Below the pieces are notes generated by a model. That model worked only from the letters and a program-made list of their open reading frames with translations, did no database searches and had not been told where the DNA came from. A stretch of 63,977 nucleotides of DNA, from assembly GCA_035571715.1 (NCBI GenBank), contig DATNCB010000898.1:1-63977 (forward strand), in the 5' to 3' direction. Both the position numbers and the translations under genes were made by a program. Source of the DNA: Ramlibacter sp. (lineage in GTDB: Bacteria > Pseudomonadota > Gammaproteobacteria > Burkholderiales > Burkholderiaceae_C). Of the stretch, positions 48,348 to 56,551 are shown piece after piece (within the stretch, counting starts at the first letter, position 1; the number at the start of each line of letters is the position of its first letter).

Positions 48348-48674
48348 ATGCCCAAATTTTCCACAGCGGAGGCGTTAGAGCATCTTGGCGGGTCCGCAGC
48401 CCAAATTGATCGAGAGCTTCGTTCTTTTGTTGAAGCAGCGAAGGTGCTTTCCAGCAACCATCCCCGGATGATCAATGACCATCCGTATAAATGGGTGGCC
48501 GTTTTTGAAGGAAATGTAAGCGCAGAAGCGCGGGGCCTCCCCGACCTTCTTACGAAGCTGGACAAAAAGCGCGTTCCCCGCGAGAAGGTCATCATCCGGT
48601 ACATTGACAGACAGCTGGTCTATATCCTGATCGGGCTTCTTGGCTGGGGCGTGTTCGGCGCGCCGATCAGGTGA
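48348..48674 (+). CDS. DUF5678-like protein fused to a hydrophobic tail
   Basis: HPYKWVAVFEGNV.A....L..LL...; AAGGAG RBS. Confidence 0.5.
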   Translation: MPKFSTAEALEHLGGSAAQIDRELRSFVEAAKVLSSNHPRMINDHPYKWVAVFEGNVSAEARGLPDLLTKLDKKRVPREKVIIRYIDRQLVYILIGLLGWGVFGAPIR

Positions 48675-48789
48675 GGGTATGGACTCCGCGCGGCTCGGCG
48701 ACGATCCTCGCGATCGTGGTCGCCTGCGCGCTAGTCGCCACATGCACGATCATCTTCTACCAGCCGGAACCGCAACAGGAGTTTGTTGA

Positions 48790-49011
48790 ATGAGCCTGCA
48801 CCCCTCGACGTTTCAATATCTCAAACCGACCGATGCGCAACTTGAAATAATGGCGCACGTCCGAGCGGAATTTGAGAGCCTTGCTACCGAGATCGACGGC
48901 ATCGTGCCGGACGGTCCCGACAAGACCTATCTGTTGCGCCAGCTTCGCGATTGCGCCATGTGGGCCAACATCGCGATCACCCGCAATCCAGACGGGAGCC
49001 CCCGGACATGA
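48790..49011 (+). CDS. Acb2/Tad1-like helical hairpin protein (putative anti-defence sponge)
   Basis: FQYLKPT..Q...M..VR......A..I....P.G.DK...L..L....MWAN.AITR; AGGAG RBS. Confidence 0.65.
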   Translation: MSLHPSTFQYLKPTDAQLEIMAHVRAEFESLATEIDGIVPDGPDKTYLLRQLRDCAMWANIAITRNPDGSPRT

Positions 49012-49388
49012 ACCGCATCCTCGCCGCCGCCGCCATCACTCTCATCCTCGCGGGTTGCCAAGGTGGCGCCCAGCAGACCGGCATCGACCTGGCGCAAGAC
49101 TACGCCGTTGGCAGCGTCCGCAACCTATCGGCCGGCGATCTGGCGGCGATCAAGGACACCTGCGTCGCCGCCGCCCCGTCACTGATCGCTGCGACCGGCG
49201 CCGCGGCACCGAAAATGGTCCGGGATGTCGCGGTCTACCCCTACGCCTATTGCGAACAGATGCTCAGCGGATCGACCGGAAATGCCGACCAAAGCTCGCT
49301 GACCTGGTTGCCGCAAGTCTTGGGCTATGTCCAGATGGCGGCGCGGATCGCCGGCATGGTGCTTCCGGTAGTGCTGTCGCTGTTGTGA
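49008..49388 (+). CDS. Lipoprotein
   Basis: MNRILAAAAITLILAGC lipobox. Confidence 0.7.
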   Translation: MNRILAAAAITLILAGCQGGAQQTGIDLAQDYAVGSVRNLSAGDLAAIKDTCVAAAPSLIAATGAAAPKMVRDVAVYPYAYCEQMLSGSTGNADQSSLTWLPQVLGYVQMAARIAGMVLPVVLSLL

Positions 49389-49564
49389 CCGATTTCATCG
49401 GTCCTTGGCGGCCATCGCCTTACCTGCCGCCGGCCCCGAAGCCTCGGCCGACTCTCGAAGAACGGGCGGTTGATGCGCTTGAGCGGATCGCCGCGGCGCC
49501 GCGGCCGAAAACGCTCTGGGGCAGTCTCATGGAGGCGTGGCAGCGTCCGATCCCGAAATGGTGA
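49385..49564 (+). CDS. Hypothetical protein
   Basis: GTGA-coupled. Confidence 0.45.
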   Translation: MTDFIGPWRPSPYLPPAPKPRPTLEERAVDALERIAAAPRPKTLWGSLMEAWQRPIPKW

Positions 49565-49569
49565 CGGAT

Positions 49570-49655
49570 CACGCCGAGGCCGTCCGCTTCATCATGCGGC
49601 TGCCGCCGGTCGAGCGCGCTAGGCTGACGGCAGGATTAGGGATTGAGGGGGCGGC
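49570..49655 (+). repeat. 86-bp direct repeat, copy 1
   Basis: About 76/86 identical to 50903-50988 by manual alignment. Confidence 0.85.
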
Positions 49656-49663
49656 TCGGGCGG

Positions 49664-49933
49664 ATGACGAGCGCAATGCCGGCGGTGCAGATCGCGCGGG
49701 GCGCGAAGCTGACGCTGAACGCGCTGGCCGGCGGCTATGCGCGCATGCTGGGGAAGGGCGGCTCCCTCGGTGACGAGGCGGAAAGCGGGCTCTACCGGGT
49801 TCTGATGGAGGGTTTGGAATCCTGCCTCGGCCGCATGGCGGTGGTCGAGGAAGTGGACGCAAATGCAAATTACAGCTATACAGAGAATGGAAGGCGATAC
49901 ATGAAGTATGGAAGCGTTCATGGGAGACGCTGA
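49664..49933 (+). CDS. Hypothetical protein
   Basis: ORF whose 3' end turns AT-rich. Confidence 0.45.
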   Translation: MTSAMPAVQIARGAKLTLNALAGGYARMLGKGGSLGDEAESGLYRVLMEGLESCLGRMAVVEEVDANANYSYTENGRRYMKYGSVHGRR

Positions 49934-50075
49934 TGTTTGAAATTAGCCACAATCAACTTAAGAAATTATTTTATTACGATGCCGGAACAGGAATTTTCGT
50001 TCTACTGAGCGGCAGATATAAGGGGTGCGAAATAGGGGGCTTCGGTCAGACGGATATCTGGCCGTAAGCGTTGAG
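49933..50075 (+). pseudogene. Truncated, frameshifted HNH homing-endonuclease N-terminus
   Basis: MFEISHNQLKKLFYYDAGTGIF..., then RSDGYLAVSV in another frame. Confidence 0.5.
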
Positions 50076-50150
50076 TGGCTCCGACATCCCAGATCCTTCA
50101 AGTGCCCACCACCTGAAGCGTAGTCGCACATTCAGCCCAAAAACTCAAGT

Positions 50151-50354
50151 GTGTACCGCGGATCACTTCAGCGAAGGTGGGGACCAAACCTTGCTACCCC
50201 ATATATCGAAGAGGGGACCGGAGTTTCACAGGCGCTTTCTCAGGGCGTACCGGTATATGATCGGTCCGGAACTCAAAATGTGGGTGGCCGTGGTCTGGAC
50301 CAAATGTACCGCAATCTCACCGATGCTCTCAAGACGCGGATAGATGCGCTATGA
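50151..50354 (+). pseudogene. C-terminal fragment of a ParA-like ATPase
   Basis: I....GVSQAL..GVPVY......Y..L...L..RI; in-frame stop just upstream. Confidence 0.45.
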
Positions 50355-50656
50355 CAACGCACGCCAGCGCAAGACCGCGAGCCATGCGGCGCGCCATTCA
50401 GGACAGGATATCAAAGCCTGAACTGCTTCGTAATATGGATGCAAAAGCGGTCGAAGAATTTATCGCTGATGACCTAAGGACTAAGGCTGAACTCATTGAG
50501 TTAGGGACTATGCGCTTTTCTATCCCTCGCTCCAACCTGATGAGAATGCGAATCTCGGACGTCCGTGCCGCTATTAGTGCTGCGCTCCTGCACGAGAAAT
50601 CGATTCAGGTGATCGGCGATGAAGCGATCCGAAGCGGGACTGATCGGAAATCCTAA
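50351..50656 (+). CDS. Hypothetical protein (low GC)
   Basis: ATGA-coupled to the ParA fragment. Confidence 0.6.
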   Translation: MTTHASARPRAMRRAIQDRISKPELLRNMDAKAVEEFIADDLRTKAELIELGTMRFSIPRSNLMRMRISDVRAAISAALLHEKSIQVIGDEAIRSGTDRKS

Positions 50657-50902
50657 CCCCTATGACGCTCGCTCGTCTTCCGAAGACACGATGATTACCG
50701 ATAAAAAAGATGGGGATGCGCTGTGAGAACCCCGCGCTCCTGCTGGTGGATTCTGGTCGGCGTGGCGCTCTGTTTCGCGATCCCGATTCTGCTGACGCTA
50801 TTGCCCGAGGATGGTGATCGCGGGCGCGGTGGGGCTGGCGTGGGCCGCATCGTGGGCCGTGACCCCTACGGTTGCTAAATGGCTGACTTGACGAGCCCGC
50901 CA

Positions 50903-50988
50903 CACGCCGAGGCGATCCGCTTCATCATGCGCCTGCCGCCGACCGATCGCGCTCGGCTGACGGCAGGGCTAGGGATCGAGGGGGCGGC
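50903..50988 (+). repeat. 86-bp direct repeat, copy 2
   Basis: Matches 49570-49655. Confidence 0.85.
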
Positions 50989-51011
50989 GGCGATGCTGGC
51001 CGACTACGCGG

Positions 51012-52340
51012 CTACGCGCCCCGGTGGAGCGCCGCCTGAACCTCGTCGTAACGCTCGACCGCGCCAGCCTTGAGGACGAGTAGGGCGCTTTCGTTCGCCA
51101 TCTTGATCCGGTTGCGGCGCAAGGCGTCGCCCGGTGCCTCGGCGATCATCGCGAGCAGTTGCCGGGCGACGTGATCCAGATCGGGTTTGCGCGGCAGTGG
51201 GACGGTCAGGTTCTCGGGGCGCGGGTTGCCGAGTAGATCAGCGGGCGGCTCCGAACGTGATGCGGCATCCCCCGCCGGCACAGGGCCGTCAATCCCATTC
51301 GCGTCCTCCTGTGTTTGCTGCACCGGCGGAGAATCGGTTGTGGCTTCGGCGGGGGGAGGCGTGCCCGGCGTGGCTTCCTCCCCCCCTTTGACGGACGCCG
51401 CCGCCATACCATCCGGGGTCTGTCCCGGATGACCGACCTCTTGCTTCGGTGCCAGTTCGGCGTAAAGCCGCTCGATGGCCCGCGCGTCATCTTCAAGCCC
51501 ATCCTGCCCGAGCGACACGATGAAGGCGGCGTTGTTCTCCCACGCCGTCGCCAGCATCGCCGGGTCGGCGGCGCTCGCGATCAGTATCTTGCGGCACGCC
51601 TCGACGGCCTTATCGGACATCTCGAACTCGTAGACCTCGCCGGCGGCGTCGAATACCTCCCACGGGATCGGCTGGGTGAGATCGGCGCGTGCCGCCTCCT
51701 GGATAGTGCCCTGTGCGGGCGTTATGTCGATGACCTCGCCTTGCACTTCGTCGGGCGAATAGATGCCGAGCAGAACCTCGGGCAGATACCGCCGCGCCCA
51801 CGCGCGGGTGCTGTAGTACGCGAGTTGCTGGTCGGGGTCGCCCTGCCAGAGCGGCGAGTTTTTGACGGCGATCTGCGCGATGGTCGGGGACTCGTACTCG
51901 AACGGCTCGTCCTCGCCGCGCACCCATCCGGTGACGATGCATTTGCGCTGCTGGCCGGCGCCTTCGTATCGGGACCGCAGGCGCCGCGCGAGCATCGGCG
52001 AGTTGTGGACGATGGCGTTGATAAGCTGCGCCTCGTAGGCGATCTGCGTCCCGGCCTTGCCGGTGGTGATATACGCCTTGTTGGCGACCGCGAACGGGTC
52101 CGCGCCCCAGCGGAAGGCTTGGAGGCACAGCGACAGGCACGCGCCCGCATTGCCCCGAAAGGCTGGACGGATGCAGTCGCCGGCCACGGCCATGAGCTTC
52201 GCGAACTCCATCAACTCGCCCATGTTGCGGGGCGCGATTGTCATGGTGCCGGCACCGCTGACGATGGACAGTCCACCCGCAACCTCGCGGTCTATGCGCT
52301 TCTCGATCTGCTGCGATTTCACGTCGTCAGGCATGGTCAT
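51012..52340 (-). CDS. recT: RecT-family single-strand annealing protein
   Basis: QAFRWGADPFAVA.K.Y, AYEAQLINA, NSPLW..DP.QQLAY...RAWARRY.PEVLLGIY. Confidence 0.88.
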   Translation of the reverse strand: MTMPDDVKSQQIEKRIDREVAGGLSIVSGAGTMTIAPRNMGELMEFAKLMAVAGDCIRPAFRGNAGACLSLCLQAFRWGADPFAVANKAYITTGKAGTQIAYEAQLINAIVHNSPMLARRLRSRYEGAGQQRKCIVTGWVRGEDEPFEYESPTIAQIAVKNSPLWQGDPDQQLAYYSTRAWARRYLPEVLLGIYSPDEVQGEVIDITPAQGTIQEAARADLTQPIPWEVFDAAGEVYEFEMSDKAVEACRKILIASAADPAMLATAWENNAAFIVSLGQDGLEDDARAIERLYAELAPKQEVGHPGQTPDGMAAASVKGGEEATPGTPPPAEATTDSPPVQQTQEDANGIDGPVPAGDAASRSEPPADLLGNPRPENLTVPLPRKPDLDHVARQLLAMIAEAPGDALRRNRIKMANESALLVLKAGAVERYDEVQAALHRGA

Positions 52341-52837
52341 TTCCTCTCGCACTCGTATGACGGTGGCACACGCATCTGCATCTCGTTGATGCGCCGTTGC
52401 AATTCGGCTTGCCGCATTGCAACCTCAATTTGGCTCATGGCCGGCCCTTGTGGGAACTCCGGCGGCATCGCCGGGACATCGGCCGGGCCGGTCACAAGCT
52501 CCCACGCAGGACGATGAGCGGCAGAGTTGGGGGGGCCGATTATTCGGTTCCGGTTCCACCGGCACGCGCTCGCCTCGAACCCGCGCGCCTTGAGCCAATC
52601 GGCCAGCATCGTGACCTCGACACCGCGCGTCGCCACGTCGTAAATCGGGATCGGCGTCTTTTCGGGTGTCTTGCACAGGATCGCGAGGCCGATGACCGGC
52701 TGCGCGTTGACGCCGGTAAACGTGATGTCGCCGCGCTTTATCTCGGCGATGCCGCGCCCCTCGTCCATGCCGAACGCTGCCATCGTGCGCAGCGTCTTGA
52801 TCGGGTCTGCCTCGGGCGGGAGGATGGTGATGGTCAA
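52337..52837 (-). CDS. Hypothetical protein
   Basis: Coupled ORF. Confidence 0.55.
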   Translation of the reverse strand: MTITILPPEADPIKTLRTMAAFGMDEGRGIAEIKRGDITFTGVNAQPVIGLAILCKTPEKTPIPIYDVATRGVEVTMLADWLKARGFEASACRWNRNRIIGPPNSAAHRPAWELVTGPADVPAMPPEFPQGPAMSQIEVAMRQAELQRRINEMQMRVPPSYECERK

Positions 52838-52975
52838 AACGGCATCTCCGTAACGGGTACGGCGGCAACGGGGTCTTGGGGCAATTCCGGCAGCGCCAGC
52901 GGATCATAATTGACCAAGTGAGCCTCGCTGATAAACGGCTCTTGCTCGGCGGCTTGCCGCCACGCCTCTTTGTAA

Positions 52976-53755
52976 GGGAATTATATATTTAACTTCCTCG
53001 GTCACAGCATCGGCTCCAAAGCCGCCGGTCGCGGCGGTGCGCTGCCGATTGCTAGGCGTGGTTGGTTTGCCTCCGCTTCGATCCGCCTGCAGGCGATATC
53101 GAACCAGCGCTCTTCGATCTCAATACCGATGAATTTGCGGCCGAGGCGCAGGGCGGCAACGCCAGTGGTGCCGGAGCCCATGAAGGGGTCGAGGATTGCA
53201 CGGCCTTTAACGCGCTCGATACACCAGGCCATCAGCGCGATCGGCTTCTGGAACGGATGCGCGGTCTCATCTCCGAACGCGCTGCCGGTGAATTCCAGGC
53301 GCCGGCGGCCGCTGCTATCGGGCGCATGCAGCGCATAGACCCCATGCCCGCCCCGCTGCCAGCCGATCTCGGCATCCGACAAGAAGCTGCCGTAATGCTC
53401 CTGATAGCGCTTGAGCCAGATCAGCGTCGAGCCGATCGGCAGTTTTTGCGCGTAGTGATTTGCGCCCCAGAGGATGACCTCATCAAAGGTGAGCCATGGC
53501 GCCGGATCGAAGGAGGCGGCGTCGCCGGCGATGGACCGATCGTCCCTCCCTGTTCCCCGCCGAATCGTGCCGCCCGTGAAGCGCCGGCTGTCGGTATCGA
53601 AATCCATGCCGTAGGGCGGGTCGCTAATGACCGCTAAATCAGGGGCGCGTTCCTGTGCCAGCCCGATCTGCTGGATACAATCCCGACAGTCTCGGAGATA
53701 CAGCGTCGCATCGCCGATCCGTTCAACGCGCGAGGAAGTCATCTATATAATTCCC
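52976..53755. mobile_element. Non-autonomous IS1595 (ISNwi1-like) insertion cassette
   Basis: 25-bp TIRs GGGAATTATATA-N4-ACTTCCTCG (22/25); 8-bp TSD CTTTGTAA at 52968-75 and 53756-63; no transposase. Confidence 0.9.
53002..53742 (-). CDS. N6/N4 DNA methyltransferase (beta class)
   Basis: ISDPPYG (motif IV), HPFQKP, LDPFMGSGTT (motif I). Confidence 0.92.
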   Translation of the reverse strand: MTSSRVERIGDATLYLRDCRDCIQQIGLAQERAPDLAVISDPPYGMDFDTDSRRFTGGTIRRGTGRDDRSIAGDAASFDPAPWLTFDEVILWGANHYAQKLPIGSTLIWLKRYQEHYGSFLSDAEIGWQRGGHGVYALHAPDSSGRRRLEFTGSAFGDETAHPFQKPIALMAWCIERVKGRAILDPFMGSGTTGVAALRLGRKFIGIEIEERWFDIACRRIEAEANQPRLAIGSAPPRPAALEPML

Positions 53756-53869
53756 CTTTGTAATGCTTCTGTTCGACCTCGATGACGCGGGATGCGATTT
53801 CAAGCAGCAGGATCGCGTCGCGCGGCTCCACGACGTATTTGCGATAGCCGATCTCGACCAGCATCACCT

Positions 53870-54076
53870 TCACGCCACCGGCCTCCGCTTAGCCGCGCCG
53901 ACCTCGGCAGCATCGCGAACCTGGGCAACGAACGCCTCGACGTGCTCGGGCATAAGATGGGCCTCGGCGATCGTGTTGCCGTCCTGATCGCACATGATGA
54001 CGACGGGGCAGCCGTACTCGCAAACGTCGGCACGCATGAACGCGGCCTTGAGCGGGAGACGGCGCGGGGCACTCAT
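53870..54076 (-). CDS. Hypothetical protein
   Basis: Coupled ORF. Confidence 0.55.
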   Translation of the reverse strand: MSAPRRLPLKAAFMRADVCEYGCPVVIMCDQDGNTIAEAHLMPEHVEAFVAQVRDAAEVGAAKRRPVA

Positions 54077-54843
54077 CGCCGGAACCTCGTTGCCGCCACT
54101 TCCTTGACCTCGACGCCCGGTATCTCGACCTTCGCCCGCGTCAGCCGAGCGACGAGCGGGCTGATTGCCTCGATCAGCGCGGCAGACTGATTTTCGAGCA
54201 TCCATCGCAGGCATAGCCCAATATTCGTCACGGTCGGAACTCGGGTTGTCGCTGCCGACGCCATCCCCGTCTGGGTACGAATCGGCTCGGATGGCCGGAT
54301 CGTGCCGGCGTCGCTCGCCAACTTCTCAGCGCGCTCGGCGGCCTGCATCGCCTCCATCTCGGCCTTGATCGCCGCACCGGGATCACCCGCGGCTTCGGCG
54401 TCACGTTGGCGCTGCTCGGCGTCCTCGGCGACACGGCGGGCTTCGGCGGCTTCCTCGTCCCGTTTGCGGCGCTCGGCCGCGGCGGCAGCATCCAGTTGCG
54501 CCCGCCATGCGTCGAGCATCTTCCGGCACGCGGTCATCGCCGCGTCGAGTGGGTCCAGGATACCGCGCGCGTAGGCCAACTGTACCGCCGCCTTGCCGTC
54601 GTCGAACGGCCTGGCCGACTCCTTGCGCGCCGCCTCGGCCTTCTCGCGCAGGTCGCGCAGCATGCCGCCGAGCGTGGTGACCTGAGCGGCGGTTTCGGGG
54701 CTGTCAATGCGGGCAGCGTTGACGGACGCGATCAGCGCCTCCGCGCGCTCGCGCAGTGGCTTGGTGTTTTCGGCCAAGACCTCGGAAAGCGGAGGCTGAT
54801 TATGCCCTATGCCTACGTCGGGCGGCGCTTGGTCGTCGGGCAT
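54073..54843 (-). CDS. Coiled-coil protein (recombination module)
   Basis: GIGHNQPP N-terminus; EIPGVEV C-terminus; AGGAGG RBS. Confidence 0.65.
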   Translation of the reverse strand: MPDDQAPPDVGIGHNQPPLSEVLAENTKPLRERAEALIASVNAARIDSPETAAQVTTLGGMLRDLREKAEAARKESARPFDDGKAAVQLAYARGILDPLDAAMTACRKMLDAWRAQLDAAAAAERRKRDEEAAEARRVAEDAEQRQRDAEAAGDPGAAIKAEMEAMQAAERAEKLASDAGTIRPSEPIRTQTGMASAATTRVPTVTNIGLCLRWMLENQSAALIEAISPLVARLTRAKVEIPGVEVKEVAATRFRR

Positions 54844-55216
54844 CGGCTTCCTCCTGAAACGGCAGCGGCAGACTCTCTATCTCGACGGCTTTGAACGGGG
54901 CGCAACGGGGGTCATATCGGTTCTCGCGCACCGCCGCCGCGATCTCGGCGACCGCTCGTTCATATTCTGAACGGGTGATGATCCGCCCGCGCCGACCCCA
55001 CACGTCGCTGACCGCGACCGGCTGGCCGCTGATGAACGCGGCGAGAAACGGCGACCGGGTGCCCCTCATGTCGTTGTCCGGCTGCCCTGGCTCGTGCGAA
55101 ACCTGCACCATGACGATCCGCGCCGGCACCCACGGACAGCGCGGGCAGCAGCGGATTAGCCACAGCCCCGGTTCGGGGTGGTCGAGCACGCGCGGGCGAG
55201 GGTCATGGTCAGCCAT
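54800..55216 (-). CDS. Hypothetical protein
   Basis: PEPGLW.....PWVPARI. Confidence 0.55.
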   Translation of the reverse strand: MADHDPRPRVLDHPEPGLWLIRCCPRCPWVPARIVMVQVSHEPGQPDNDMRGTRSPFLAAFISGQPVAVSDVWGRRGRIITRSEYERAVAEIAAAVRENRYDPRCAPFKAVEIESLPLPFQEEADARRPSAARRRHRA

Positions 55217-55568
55217 CTGCCGGCGGTTCTGGCAGCGGCATCCAATGCGTCGGCTCGTCATAGCCGTCTCGGATTGGCGCTTGGTCCCAAAGCACCCGCC
55301 ACGTCTCTTCATCGCTTTGGAACTCGCCAACGTCCGACGCTGCACCCCAATAGCCTACGACGGTCAGCGGCTCCCAATTGACATGGAGCAGCACCGGCTT
55401 GTGTTTTCCATCCTTCGGCGCGGTCTCGATCGGCCGCCAGCCGGATTGCGCGGCTGGCGGCGAATGTAGTGCCTCAAGCCCGGCAGGATTCGCCGTTGAT
55501 CGCAGCATGACGCACGACACCGGATCGCACGAACAGTGCGGATACGTCGGGAAATGGCGACAATTCAT
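55209..55568 (-). CDS. DUF551-like protein
   Basis: WRPIETAPKDG...PTHWMPLPEPP. Confidence 0.75.
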   Translation of the reverse strand: MNCRHFPTYPHCSCDPVSCVMLRSTANPAGLEALHSPPAAQSGWRPIETAPKDGKHKPVLLHVNWEPLTVVGYWGAASDVGEFQSDEETWRVLWDQAPIRDGYDEPTHWMPLPEPPADG

Positions 55569-55798
55569 CACCCGCCCCCGATCAGCACCCGCCAGCCGTA
55601 CAGGCACACCAGCGCGCCCATAATGGTCAGCGCGGCGACCACCAGCGCGGCGAACAGCCCGACCAGCAGGGTTTCCCCCGGCGTCGATTGGGACAGCGCC
55701 CACTCGGGCAACGGGACATGGTCATCAAGCCGCAGCATCTCTTGCCGGCGGCGCATCGCCTCGAACGCCTCGCCGCGCTCGGATTCGGTGAGCTTCAT
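55568..55798 (-). CDS. Small membrane protein
   Basis: C-terminal TM helix. Confidence 0.55.
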   Translation of the reverse strand: MKLTESERGEAFEAMRRRQEMLRLDDHVPLPEWALSQSTPGETLLVGLFAALVVAALTIMGALVCLYGWRVLIGGG

Positions 55799-55824
55799 GT
55801 TGATCCATCCTCGACGGGTGAGCG

Positions 55825-56109
55825 TCAGATAACCTCGTAGACGATAGTGAGTACTAGGCCACGCTCGTTGTAATGATAATCCCGGAAAGAACCCCCTCCC
55901 TCCGGTACGCTGTAGTGGCAATTCACCGGGACGAGGTGCGTCGAGATGATCCGTACACGGAATCCGGGTGCGTTTCCTCGGGCCAACGCGGGTACGGTCA
56001 GAAGATCGGCGACTAGACGATCGACGGCGGAATCAATCAGACCGGGAACGGTGTCGATCGAAACATCGTCGAGGTCTATCGCGGTCGAGATGCTATTTAT
56101 GGTCGCCAT
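55825..56109 (-). CDS. Hypothetical protein
   Basis: Packed ORF, lower GC. Confidence 0.5.
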   Translation of the reverse strand: MATINSISTAIDLDDVSIDTVPGLIDSAVDRLVADLLTVPALARGNAPGFRVRIISTHLVPVNCHYSVPEGGGSFRDYHYNERGLVLTIVYEVI

Positions 56110-56271
56110 TCACTCCCCCTCCATCGCGCCCAGCGCATCCTCAATCGCCCGCACACGTTGCGCGATCTTCCCGCGCCGTGGGTCGTCGAGCGGCACGTTG
56201 CCGAGGGCTTCCCACGCCGCGTCAAGCGCCTCGTTCAGCGCGGCACGGCGCGGGTCTTCGCCGGGGTTCAT
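56110..56271 (-). CDS. Hypothetical protein
   Basis: Coupled ORF. Confidence 0.5.
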   Translation of the reverse strand: MNPGEDPRRAALNEALDAAWEALGNVPLDDPRRGKIAQRVRAIEDALGAMEGE

Positions 56272-56468
56272 CGGCGAACCTGTTGGCGGCAGGCTTCGCC
56301 CACTGCGGGTTCGATTGGGATCAGTTGAAGATGCAAACCCATAGCGGCCGCCACCGCCCGCATCTTTCTTGAGTGTTCCTCGCAAACGAACGACTCGTCT
56401 CGACCGGGCCACGTGTAGCGGTAGGCCGCATCTTCCCCGCAGATAGTCAGGTCGTCAGGCATCGTCAT
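56268..56468 (-). CDS. Hypothetical protein, first gene of leftward operon
   Basis: C...A.YRYTWPG.DE...C..H. Confidence 0.55.
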   Translation of the reverse strand: MTMPDDLTICGEDAAYRYTWPGRDESFVCEEHSRKMRAVAAAMGLHLQLIPIEPAVGEACRQQVRR

Positions 56469-56489
56469 TCCCTGTCGGTAGGAACCCTA

Positions 56490-56531
56490 TTGCGTGCGCC
56501 CATTACGTGCCGTAGGATGCACGCCTGTCAA
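56490..56531. promoter_or_regulatory. Overlapping divergent promoters with operator-like palindrome
   Basis: Plus: TTGCGT-17-TAGGAT (56490-56518); minus: TTGACA at 56531-56526; CGTGC-N8-GCACG at 56506-56523. Confidence 0.7.
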
Positions 56532-56551
56532 GAGGAAGTTTCGCAGAAAAA

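Larger units (their letters stand above)
52834..53873 (-). pseudogene. 83-codon phage gene split by the insertion cassette
   Basis: Removing 52976-53755 and one TSD restores VKVMLVEIGYRKY...EQKHYKEAWRQ...VTEMPF*. Confidence 0.85.

Noticed and set aside
50151-50354. Functional ParA implying a phage-plasmid
   Set aside because: Only a C-terminal fragment with no Walker A
49570-50988. Repeat pair as DGR template/variable repeats
   Set aside because: Mismatches are not adenine-specific and no reverse transcriptase is present
53002-53742. Complete restriction-modification system
   Set aside because: No endonuclease inside or beside the cassette
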